From contig CAXXMV010000004.1 in the NCBI GenBank assembly GCA_963662285.2, forward strand, positions 66,351 through 130,350: a stretch of DNA of 64,000 bases, in the 5' to 3' direction. Of the stretch, positions 19,227 through 28,965 are shown one piece after another. The position numbers were made by a program, and so were the translations under genes. Within the stretch, counting starts at the first letter, position 1; every line of letters begins with the position of its first letter. Source of the stretch: a bacterium. GTDB taxonomy: Bacteria; Hinthialibacterota; Hinthialibacteria; Hinthialibacterales; Hinthialibacteraceae. Below the pieces are notes generated by a model. It searched no databases. It was not told where the DNA came from and saw only the letters and a program-made list of their open reading frames with translations.

Positions 19227-19965
19227 TCAGACCTCCTGAGCTCACCCGTGGTTTGCGCGGGATTTTGTTAGGATACTGGTTGGAAGGATAATCATCCAGA
19301 GATTGAGGGAATCTCCAGTGCGTGAGGTAGTTAAAAAAATGCCGCAGACCTTATTGCCTTTATTCACATCAGGCGAAGGATTCATGTCCTAGTTGATCTC
19401 CTATCAAAAAAAAGATGGATCGGTATACTCCTTTCATGCCGGATTACCGGTTTTCAGTCATGGGGAAACCGACCTGAAAAGTTTCCGCATGTTCACCAGT
19501 CAGCTGACGGTCAGTGGAGTGTGCCGCCAAGTTGACATCGTTAGAGCCTTTGGCATCAGCGTCATCAGTATGAAGCGATGGGTCAAGAAATACCGCGAGG
19601 AAGGCCCGGAATTATTCTTCAAAACTCCGCACCGACTCAGCGAACAATTGCTCAATGCGATTAAAATGATCGTCTATCGGGCGGAGACGGCCATGGCGAT
19701 GATTGTGCGAACGCAATTGGCCCGAAGCGACGATGCCCGCTCATTGATCCGGGAAATATTAGCGGCGGATGCGGATATCATTCCGGATGAGGAAAACAAA
19801 ACCTTAACGGTGCAGTTGCACCATTTGACCAACCACCTATCGGATCAAGCCGCCCGCAACTTCGCAGCTAATCTCAACGCCGCAGAAACCATCTACCCCG
19901 GCGCGGACTTGCGACTAATCTACAAACTGGTATCGGATGAAATTCCACCAGATCAGGAAGTCTGA
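19227..19965 (+). mobile_element. internally deleted insertion sequence (transposase remnant with terminal inverted repeats)
   Basis: TIRs tcagacctcctga (19227-19239) and tcaggaagtctga (19953-19965); ORF 19393-19965 joins an HTH-like N-terminal part to a transposase-like C-terminal part (NAIKMIVYRAET...LTVQLHHL). Confidence 0.7.
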
Positions 19966-20047
19966 AATTATACTTGCATTCTCCACACCCTCACCCTGTA
20001 CTCCTCATTTCTAACTTTTTTTTATTCGATTTTTTGCCGGTGCATCA

Positions 20048-22081
20048 TTAATAGACGCGCCAGTTGGAAACGTTGGTAGTAATCGGACCCGTTAGTTTAT
20101 AGATCGTCCATTGCGAGGCGTCTAGCGTTTCTAATAAGATTAATAATGAATGTGAATCAGCGGGGAAAATGCCCTGAATTGTATATCCATCCACGGCTTG
20201 AGCGATATCAATAGGGCCGCTTGAGGTATACCAGGTTAAACGATCCGCGCTCGAAACGCTTTCATGAACTACAATGAATTCATCTTCACTGCAGGAAAGT
20301 ATATTATTGCCAAAAACTTTTATCTTCGTATTACCGGAAAACAATGGGATGGTTGAGAATCCATCCTGTAAAACTATAAGTTCACCCAAAATCGGTTTAA
20401 GCGCGGATCCCTGTAGTGGGTCGCCCCAATTCACGAAATCCGTTACCTTGTTTGCCTGGCTATCTGGATTGTATAAGTTAAGTTCGTCTAGCATTCCATA
20501 AACATCCCGGTTTATATCGTTTGGACCGGATGGATCCCCCCAATAATTGTGTTGAAAGTCAGCCACTTTTTGTGATTCCATGAATACGCCGAAATTAACA
20601 TTATTATAGATATCGCTTTGGTTTACATTGACTGTTCCCTGGGTTGATATAATGACTCCAGCATTTTTACATTCAGTAATTAGAAGGCTGTCACCGGTAA
20701 AAGAATGTTGCTCGACAATTTGAATCCCATTGACTTCTGAGTTTTTGATGGAGGAACGTAACATATCGGTACGACCCATTCCCAATAACACTAGGCTTAC
20801 TGATTGGTCGTTCGTAAATATGCAGTCTTGAATAGTCGTGGTTTCCGGCGTACTGGATTGCGATACCACGGAGGTGATATTGTTATCAAATCGACAGTTT
20901 TTAATCGTTGCGGAACGATCCAGATAGATTCCGTTACCGCACAAATAGATATTGCAATGATCGACAGGGATGGCGCTGTGCAGTTCCAAAACTCCATGAG
21001 TATTTTGACCTCCAGCCCCACAGCGGAAGACTGCATTTGTAACCGAGCCACTGCTTCCTTCATTGTATACAACATGCGACCATTGCATCCATTCCGCTTT
21101 TGTCTGGTCTCCATCACCATTTGTATCGCCCGCGATTTCGTCGTCTTGAAGCGAAGTGAAAACAATCTTTTCCGTATCGGAACCGTTTATATGCAGTTCG
21201 TCGTTTACAGCAATTCCAAAGACGGATTTAATTTGGATTCCAGGCTGAAAGACGACTCGCACATTATCATTGGTTTTATCCTCATCGCCAACGTTCAAAG
21301 ACCATGAGTTATAAAGAAGAATGCCGAGATTGGGGACGTCGCCCGATTGCGTGAAAGTTCCACTAACTTCTATGACGTCCCAGTGATTATTTTGCAGGGT
21401 CAGGTTGGTAAAAGTAGATGTGATAAGGTTATTGGGGTAGGCGGCCATAGAAATAGCGCTGTTGGTTTTGCAGTTTTCTATCGTACAATTGCTTATATGA
21501 CTGTTTGTTGTATCTCCAAATTGTATGCCGTGTCCGTAATTTTCTCGAAATTGTAAATTGTTTAATACTCCGTCACCGGCGAGATACACTCCGGACGTAG
21601 CGCTCAATTCAAAGATGGAATCCTCTACTGTGATGCTGCCCATATTGTAAATCATTCCCGGAACGAACTGTCCCCCTCCACCGTAGCGGAAGACGGCGTG
21701 GGTTATTGTCCCCTGGCTTCCGGGTTGGAATAACAAATAACTCCATTCACCCCTTTGAGGCGTATCGCCCTGTCCTTCGATTCGCTCACCAATCGTATCG
21801 TTCCAACTCGTGAAAATGACTGGATTGTCGCTAGATCCTTGGATGTTTAAAGTACCCTGTATTTCGAAACCAGTCATTTTTATTATGGCGCCTGCTTGAA
21901 TGGTCAACGTTTTCCCTTCAGGTACCAGAATCCCTCCATGATAGGTACCGGCAGTCAACGGTCCGCTGATTCCATCAGGATTGCCGTCATAAACGGCTCC
22001 ACCGATTGTTGTATAAGCGACGGCTTGTTGAGTGAAGAAAAAAAGGGCGAGTAATAAAAAAACCAGGAAGAAACGATTCAT
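20048..22081 (-). CDS. secreted right-handed parallel beta-helix protein with C-terminal VxxWxxY motif
   Basis: Signal peptide (AVA cleavage); repeated 'LNIQGSSDNPVIFTS' / 'INGSDTEKIVFTS'; NYWGDPSGP; ends TTNVSNWRVY. Confidence 0.8.
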   Translation of the reverse strand: MNRFFLVFLLLALFFFTQQAVAYTTIGGAVYDGNPDGISGPLTAGTYHGGILVPEGKTLTIQAGAIIKMTGFEIQGTLNIQGSSDNPVIFTSWNDTIGERIEGQGDTPQRGEWSYLLFQPGSQGTITHAVFRYGGGGQFVPGMIYNMGSITVEDSIFELSATSGVYLAGDGVLNNLQFRENYGHGIQFGDTTNSHISNCTIENCKTNSAISMAAYPNNLITSTFTNLTLQNNHWDVIEVSGTFTQSGDVPNLGILLYNSWSLNVGDEDKTNDNVRVVFQPGIQIKSVFGIAVNDELHINGSDTEKIVFTSLQDDEIAGDTNGDGDQTKAEWMQWSHVVYNEGSSGSVTNAVFRCGAGGQNTHGVLELHSAIPVDHCNIYLCGNGIYLDRSATIKNCRFDNNITSVVSQSSTPETTTIQDCIFTNDQSVSLVLLGMGRTDMLRSSIKNSEVNGIQIVEQHSFTGDSLLITECKNAGVIISTQGTVNVNQSDIYNNVNFGVFMESQKVADFQHNYWGDPSGPNDINRDVYGMLDELNLYNPDSQANKVTDFVNWGDPLQGSALKPILGELIVLQDGFSTIPLFSGNTKIKVFGNNILSCSEDEFIVVHESVSSADRLTWYTSSGPIDIAQAVDGYTIQGIFPADSHSLLILLETLDASQWTIYKLTGPITTNVSNWRVY

Positions 22082-22222
22082 GATACAACCTCCAATGGCA
22101 ATTGTATCCCCCTAAAAAATGAAGAAAAAAAAGTCATTAAAATTATCTTAAATAATAATATCCAGGATTGTCAATATAAGTCAAGAGTATTTTTCGGACT
22201 TTTTAGAGATGCCAACGCGTGA

Positions 22223-22594
22223 TTAATCGACATAGGAATTGATGAGAGAGGGTATATCCAAGATGCGGGCCGCCTCCAACAAAGCGGCCGCCGCGCCATG
22301 GGAATAGGATTTGATGCGTTGTTTAATTGGAAATTTCCTGCAGCCTCTGAAGAAGGTCTTCGGTTTTACCCAGATAGGCCAAAACCACCGGCCGGGGTTT
22401 ACCATTGACCCGCCGGGACTCGACAATATACCAATATTTATCTCCATGAGAAATTTTTGCTGTAAAGTAGCCACGATACTACCTCGTTCAGTGTATACAA
22501 AAAAAAGCCCATAAATATACCGTAACCACATATATATACAGTAGATTACAGCATCTCAAAACTGGAAAATCTCAAGTTTCGCAGTAAACTTCCC
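22223..22594 (-). mobile_element. IS1634-like transposase 5' remnant (frameshifted)
   Basis: Alternative frame reads YWYIVESRRVNGKPRPVVLAYLGKTEDLL, then SYSHGAAAALL; truncated. Confidence 0.65.
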
Positions 22595-23220
22595 CTAGAT
22601 GAACCGAAGATTCTTGGGATTTACTGTTAACGTCTCATCATGTCCATCACGAATGAGTTCACTATGGCTGATGTTATCAGTCCAAGGTTCGACTCCAGCA
22701 GCTGGATAAATGTTGTTCCATCCTGCAAATGGCCGTTTGGCAGTATCAGCAATTGGCGTCCACTTGCCATCCAGATTATCTGCCAGGTAGGCCTTGTAGT
22801 ACCTTCGACCATTTTTCTCAACAACTGTTAGATATTTATCCATTCCTTTGAGTTTGTATGAGTGACTGGCTTCGAAAATTTTTCCTTAAGGGCAAGTTTG
22901 AAATTTCTGAATCCATTCGGGAAATCTTCAAGTCGCGTCCACAGGCGCCACATATTGCCGTACAAACTTGTAAGGAATAGATAGGCGCGCTGGTCATCAT
23001 AGATAATCCAGTAGTCAAGACCGCCTACCTTTAGAGGATCCATTCTGCCACCATCAAGAATTGGCATGGCCTGTGTCCATGAGTCAGGATTGGCGATATC
23101 CGATGTCGTAGAATAAGCAATCCATATCTTGTTCGCACCGGGTACACCCATCTGGTAAACCAGGTAGCATTTCTGATGTGGTCTGAAGTGAAAAACCTGA
23201 GGAGCACCGTAATAGTTACT
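22595..23220 (-). pseudogene. GH62-like alpha-L-arabinofuranosidase fragments
   Basis: YYGAPQVFHFRPHQKCYLVYQ, AYSTTSDIANPDSW, LDYWII, GRRYYKAY, ISHSELIR spread across frameshifted ORFs. Confidence 0.7.
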
Positions 23221-23445
23221 TTTTTCTTAATGGCTTCAAAATATGTATAGGCGGATCTTATGCGGGCGGAGCAGGTTATTCGGTTTGGCGCCTGACGACA
23301 TTGCGTAGCTTAGAGTTTGTTGATAAGAATTGTTGAACATTGTGGATAGATAAAATCAATGCATGTACTAAAAGAGGGGCGCATGCATTGATTTTTTTAT
23401 TTATAAGTTTAGCCGAGTGAGGCAAATTATTGTCTCTTCGCTATT

Positions 23446-23559
23446 TAGAGTAGTTTTCATAATAATGTTCTGATTGGCGATTCGAAAAATCCAGAAAAGA
23501 TTGGCTTATTCGAAGACTAAAGGTGATAATAAACGAACATAATTTTGATAATCGTTCTA
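23446..23559 (+). mobile_element. ~114-bp MITE-like element
   Basis: Imperfect TIRs TAGAGTAGTTTTCATAATAATGTTC / GAACATAATTTTGATAATCGTTCTA; related copies at 41467, 46485, 50679, 54050. Confidence 0.7.
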
Positions 23560-23592
23560 GTGATCAATTCAAATCAATATCTTTAAGGAATC

Positions 23593-23628
23593 AAAAAAAA
23601 ACGCCCCATCAATAACTGATGGGGCGTT
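23593..23628 (-). terminator. intrinsic terminator
   Basis: A-run + cgccccatca-ataac-tgatggggcg. Confidence 0.75.
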
Positions 23629-23656
23629 CGTGTTTCTTTGTATATAATAATTGTGT

Positions 23657-25072
23657 TTAAATGGAAAAGCCGTTGTGGTATTCGGGTTTGAGAAATGGTT
23701 CGGCTTTGTCAGTGTTGGTTGCTTTCATGTTTTCGCCATCCCAATAGAGCATTTCGCCGGCGCCAATCGCAGCGTTGCCCAGCATCGCCATTTCTGTCAG
23801 GTATGCGCCGTACTCGAAGTTGGAACTCGCTGGATCGCCGCCTTTGCAAGCGTCAAGCCAATCGCGCATGTGGCCTTTTACACGTTTAATGGTTTTTGCC
23901 GGACGTTTATAATTTTCGTTCAACGAATGCGGCAGTAGAACCGGATCGCCCGCCCAGCCGGGACACATGATTTTTCCTTTGCTGCCGCAGAACAGAATGC
24001 CTTGTCCGTCGCCCACGAGTTCTTCATCCGGACCAAGTTCTTCCGGTTTTGGAGGATCCACTTCAGTGTACCAGGTCAACTTGACGGGAGGCATATTGCC
24101 GCGCGCCGGGAATTGATAATAGATCATGTATGCCAGCGGGAAGGTATACTTGGTGACGCCGTATTGCGTGGCCTGGACGGTTGTTGGTTGGCCCAGGTCA
24201 AGCGAATAAAATGCGGGATCGGCGTTGTGGCAGAAGAAATCGCCCATTGAGCCGGTTCCAAAATCCCACCAGCCGCGCCATACATAAGGGGTATAGTCGA
24301 TATGATAAGGACGCTTCTTTGCGGGTCCAAGCCAGAGATCCCAATCCATGCCTTCAGGAACAGCCATCGCTTCTGTCGGGAAACCTTCGCGGCGTCCGAC
24401 GCGCGCACGGCTTTTGGTCCAGGCGTGCACTTCAGTGACATCACCGATGGCGCCGTCGAGAATCCATTCTTTCGTGTTGCGGAGTCCTTCGCCGCTATGT
24501 CCCTGGTTGCCCAATTGTGTGGCGACGCCATTCTTCTTGGCGCATTCAACGATTTTGCGGCATTCATATACCGTGCGCGCCAAAGGTTTTTCGCAGTAAA
24601 CGTGTTTGCCGAGATTCATTGAATCGATCGCGATGACGGCGTGGGTGTGATCGGGCGTCGCAATGACGCATGCATCGATATCCTTCTCTTTTTCGAGCAT
24701 CTTACGATAATCGAGATAAACTTGGGGTTTTGGAATATTATCAGATTCGTAGCGTAAATTAACCATCTCTGCTGCCGGGCCGCGCCCCGCTTTGCCGCCG
24801 TAATAGAAGCGGCTGTAATCGTTGGCTTCGGTAACATCGCAAATCGCCTTAATCCGGCAATCGTTTTGACGCGTAATTTCTCTGGTATGCTGTAAGCCGC
24901 GGCCGCCAGTTCCGATCATGGCAATGTTTAACATGTCGCTTGGAGCGGTGTTTCCCTCTCCACCCAATACGTAGCGCGGGACAAACGCAATAGATGAAAG
25001 CGCCGCTGCATTCTTTAATACGGTGCGACGTGATATCTTGTTACTCGATTCTTTGTTCGTATTTGATTTCAT
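23657..25072 (-). CDS. Tat-exported Gfo/Idh/MocA oxidoreductase
   Basis: SRRTVL signal; IGTGGRG, TPDHTHA, CEKPL, QLGNQG; paralog of 6242-7636; start after the ggaga RBS. Confidence 0.9.
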   Translation of the reverse strand: MKSNTNKESSNKISRRTVLKNAAALSSIAFVPRYVLGGEGNTAPSDMLNIAMIGTGGRGLQHTREITRQNDCRIKAICDVTEANDYSRFYYGGKAGRGPAAEMVNLRYESDNIPKPQVYLDYRKMLEKEKDIDACVIATPDHTHAVIAIDSMNLGKHVYCEKPLARTVYECRKIVECAKKNGVATQLGNQGHSGEGLRNTKEWILDGAIGDVTEVHAWTKSRARVGRREGFPTEAMAVPEGMDWDLWLGPAKKRPYHIDYTPYVWRGWWDFGTGSMGDFFCHNADPAFYSLDLGQPTTVQATQYGVTKYTFPLAYMIYYQFPARGNMPPVKLTWYTEVDPPKPEELGPDEELVGDGQGILFCGSKGKIMCPGWAGDPVLLPHSLNENYKRPAKTIKRVKGHMRDWLDACKGGDPASSNFEYGAYLTEMAMLGNAAIGAGEMLYWDGENMKATNTDKAEPFLKPEYHNGFSI

Positions 25073-25504
25073 GGTGACCGTCTCCAAATATTTTATTAGA
25101 ATGTCTATCGCAGAGCCAAAATACTTTCCGGGTAAGCGTGCTTGAAATTTTTTAGTTTTCAAAGGATACCCTTTTTACGAATGTAACTTATTTCCACTCT
25201 AACATTCGAGATTACTATAACCCGGGAAGAAAATAAACCTTAGTATTCAGGAAAATTCGATATTTAGGTTCGCGTAAAAGCCTTGTGTGAAAATTCTTCC
25301 GATAATTCAAGACTTTACAGGATTACTGATCAAGATGAGTTATTCCGGTTTTTGTGACTCGCAAATAATAGAACGTGTAGCGACCATGTGGTTTTGCTCC
25401 TTTCGTAACGATGTGGAAGACCACCTATACGGGGCAGTACAATCCGTCTAGCGGATGGAGACGCTCTACTTGAGATAGGATGTTCTTTTGGCCGCGGGAT
25501 TCGC

Positions 25505-28500
25505 CTATTGGAGTTTTCCCCAGTTTTTGTTTGGTTTCGATCCCATTTCTAAAATGAGATTTCCACCTTTTAGCAGTTCTCGTGCAGGGAATTGGAATGT
25601 ACTTAACGTTTCACCATTAAGAGTCGCGCTTTGTATATAGATATTTTTTCTCGAAGCATTTTTTGCTTCAATGGTAAACGTTTTTCCCCGGTTAAATTGC
25701 TCGCCTAAATCGATGGTTACTTTCTGGTATATTGGACTTCCTATTTCATAAATCGGATCAACGCGACACCCACCATCTGTTTGAAACAATCCCAGGGAGG
25801 CCATGATGAACCAGGCGCTCATTTGTCCCTGGTCTTCGTCGCCCAGATAGGCGTTGGATAATCCATAGCCGTAATAACGGTTTATGATTGCTCTACTCCA
25901 TTTTTGGGTCAACCAGGGTTTTTCGACCCAGTTAAATAGAAAGGCAAAGTGCATAGACTGTTGATTTCCCTGGATGACAGGATAGTTCCAATACTGATCG
26001 TTTTTGCCATTGAATCGCGTTTTGTCGCTCTCGCCAAATCCCCAATCCAAACGTTCAACAAAACGATCTTTGCCGATTATTTCAGCCAGGGCAGGGACAT
26101 CCTGCGGAACAAAAAATGTTAATTGCCAGGCATTTCCTTCGACATAATGTTCGTTGGCGCCCGACTTGTATGGGTCGAAATCGGGCAGCCAATCGCCATT
26201 AGAATCTTTCATTCTCGCGTAACCGCTCTCTGCGTCTATTACATTTTTCCAGTAATAACCGCGTTCCGAAAAAGTTTTGTAATCCTTCTCTTTCCCCAAA
26301 GATTTAGCAAACTGGCCGACGGTCCAGTCATCAAAGGAATACTCCAGTGAATTTGAAAATCGTCCCTTATCGTAGGGAACGTACTTATGTTTTAGATACG
26401 CTTCCAGGTTTCGATTTCCCGCATAGCCGCCGCCCACTATCTGACCGGGAGTGGTTTGCATTTTCTTCACGGCTTCAAAGGCTTTTTCGGCGTTGAATCC
26501 ATTTATGCCCATTTGGTGTGCGCTTACAATCAAGGGTATTTCATGTTCGGCCACCATTACCGGAATGTACTCCATGCCAGCAGGGCCTTTGGCTAACCAG
26601 CCTCCTGCATCGTACATGGCCAATTGAGAATTCACCCAACGGTTACTCCATTCAGGCGTGACCAGGTTCCAAAACTGATTGAGATTCCAAAAGGTGTTCC
26701 AGAAAGCATCGCACCCTAATGCGGGCGATTGGGGATCGCTCATCTGCCGGACCTGTTCATCTGCGTCAACCCACTCGCCGTTAACATCACTGAAAGTATT
26801 GCGGCTGCACAGGGCGCGGTACATATTGGAGTAGAAGCGCATTTTCTCGCGCCGGTCGTTGGTTGAAATGGTGAGTCGGTTAAACAGTTCATTCCAGGTA
26901 TTGAGACTATTTTGTCTCACCGCATTGAAGTTCCAGCCAAAAGTCTTGCTTATCTCCGCTTCCAGATTTTCCGATGCATTGTCTATACTCACATACGAGA
27001 TCGCTGTGCGTAGTTGAACAATATTATTGTTAGCTGTGTCAAACTCAAACCAGGCGCCGGCGTCTGAACATTTTCCGGTTTTGAGTAGGGCTTTATTTTT
27101 CTGGATACCATCCTCAGTCCATACCCCATGTTTCTTGATGGGGTGATCGAATTCCACTACAAAATGAACTGTATATTCTTGAGAAATTCCTCCAGACCAA
27201 GTGTTGGGGGAGAGTTGCTTGCTATATCCTTCCACCCGCGTGTCACTGATTTTTTGAATAAAGACTTCTTCTAATTTGTAACTATATTCCGCCGGGTTTT
27301 GCAGGTCGAGTAATATTCGTGATTCCTCTCTATCGGTCGGGAAGGTGTAACGATGAAATCCTGCACGGGTGGTGGCGGTTAGTTCGGCGGTTATATCATA
27401 ATCCGTTAATTCGGCTTTGTAATAACCGATAGGGGCTTCTTCGGTCTCCTTGTTTAATCTTGAACGATAGCCAGTATCGGGTTTTTTTTCATCGCCCACG
27501 GTTATGATCAGCTTACCGTTGGTTGGCATAATGGAAAGACCGCCCATGGTCCATTCGTGAATATGACTAAACCCTCCAATGGTTTCGAATATCGGATCGT
27601 AGCCTGCTTGCCAACCGCTGTTCTGGTTATCCGGGCTTAGTTTCACCATGCTGAAGGGCATCCAGGGGCCGGGCGCAATCATCCAGCGGGAGTGCGCCGT
27701 TCCCATTTTTGTATCGGCGTATTCTGCTAGAGTGATTATTTTTTGGGGAGACCTATCCACCTTCCCTGACTGGATTGCCTTTCCATCAATTAGAATCGTG
27801 TACTTACTCTCTTTCGGGGAAGAAACTGCTGGCATGGGGGCCTCAAAAACATACCTCCCGGTTTCTATCGTAGTGGTGAAGATTTCTTCGTTATCTAAAA
27901 GCGCCTTTAGTTCCGGCGTTCCCGAAAGATGTTCAAGGTCAATCAGGAGTGGTTGAGCATTTCCGTTTTCACTTTTGATTTCGTAGTGCGCTGCGTTTAC
28001 ATCCCGCAGGAAAACAGGACCGTTTTTTCTCAATTTCGCATCCGCTGGACCTTCCAGCCTGATTTGATCGAACATTAACCATGATCCCTGGATGGATGTC
28101 ATGGAAACAGCGTTGCCGCCTCTTCTAATCAGTTTTTCTGGAAGGGGTATTTTGATTAGATGTTCCTGTCCTTCGGCCAATTCGTCTTCTAATGTCTTGT
28201 TGCCTGAACCTTTGGGTAATTCAAATTTCCATGATTTCCCATTGAAGTTTATTTTAAGAATTGGAGCATCTTCAGGATGGATATCATGAAGATCAACGAC
28301 TAATGTCCAGTCGCCCTTTGACGGCTGTTCTTCAATGTCGAAGAGTATGGTTAAGGTGTGCGAACGCCATCCTGACGTGCCCCACGTTCCTCCCCATTTA
28401 TCAGAAGGTCCGGGTAGAACATACGGCCAATCCTCTTTTTCTGAAGAGTAACCAATCAGGAAGAATCGATCTTCCCAACCGAAATCTTTTTCAATGAATT

Positions 28501-28642
28501 GTTCGTAATCGTCTGGTGCAAGGGCATATTCAGCGCTGCTGTTATCCGCTGTGCCAATTTGCCAGATGGTTTCGCCCCGGGCGTTATATGGATGCGAAAA
28601 AATGCAGCCCAGGATGATTAGAATTAGTAATTGGTTTTTCAT
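25505..28642 (-). CDS. GH92 alpha-mannosidase with N-terminal accessory beta-domain
   Basis: PFSMVKLSPD, GFSHIH, YVEGNAWQ, GDEDQGQMSAW; signal peptide. Confidence 0.9.
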   Translation of the reverse strand: MKNQLLILIILGCIFSHPYNARGETIWQIGTADNSSAEYALAPDDYEQFIEKDFGWEDRFFLIGYSSEKEDWPYVLPGPSDKWGGTWGTSGWRSHTLTILFDIEEQPSKGDWTLVVDLHDIHPEDAPILKINFNGKSWKFELPKGSGNKTLEDELAEGQEHLIKIPLPEKLIRRGGNAVSMTSIQGSWLMFDQIRLEGPADAKLRKNGPVFLRDVNAAHYEIKSENGNAQPLLIDLEHLSGTPELKALLDNEEIFTTTIETGRYVFEAPMPAVSSPKESKYTILIDGKAIQSGKVDRSPQKIITLAEYADTKMGTAHSRWMIAPGPWMPFSMVKLSPDNQNSGWQAGYDPIFETIGGFSHIHEWTMGGLSIMPTNGKLIITVGDEKKPDTGYRSRLNKETEEAPIGYYKAELTDYDITAELTATTRAGFHRYTFPTDREESRILLDLQNPAEYSYKLEEVFIQKISDTRVEGYSKQLSPNTWSGGISQEYTVHFVVEFDHPIKKHGVWTEDGIQKNKALLKTGKCSDAGAWFEFDTANNNIVQLRTAISYVSIDNASENLEAEISKTFGWNFNAVRQNSLNTWNELFNRLTISTNDRREKMRFYSNMYRALCSRNTFSDVNGEWVDADEQVRQMSDPQSPALGCDAFWNTFWNLNQFWNLVTPEWSNRWVNSQLAMYDAGGWLAKGPAGMEYIPVMVAEHEIPLIVSAHQMGINGFNAEKAFEAVKKMQTTPGQIVGGGYAGNRNLEAYLKHKYVPYDKGRFSNSLEYSFDDWTVGQFAKSLGKEKDYKTFSERGYYWKNVIDAESGYARMKDSNGDWLPDFDPYKSGANEHYVEGNAWQLTFFVPQDVPALAEIIGKDRFVERLDWGFGESDKTRFNGKNDQYWNYPVIQGNQQSMHFAFLFNWVEKPWLTQKWSRAIINRYYGYGLSNAYLGDEDQGQMSAWFIMASLGLFQTDGGCRVDPIYEIGSPIYQKVTIDLGEQFNRGKTFTIEAKNASRKNIYIQSATLNGETLSTFQFPARELLKGGNLILEMGSKPNKNWGKLQ

Positions 28643-28965
28643 TTATTTAGTATCCATTCAACTAATAGGGAATTAACTTCTACACCCGTATAGAGTGATT
28701 AAAAGTCTTTTAAATATTTCGTTACCGTCTTATTACATATAATTGCCGCGATACGGTCATAGTAAAAACAGAATGTCAGTAAAATAGTATCTTATACTAA
28801 TCTTGATAAGATATATCTAACAGTCCAATTATTGCAAATATTTAACCTTTTCCCTCTTATAATAAGAGTGGCGGCGGCGGCCAGAATCGTTGGGGCTTAT
28901 ATCCTGTGATGCTATGATGAATAGCATCGTGTGAAGGAATCTCATCTGCTTGGGGTAATTGCATA

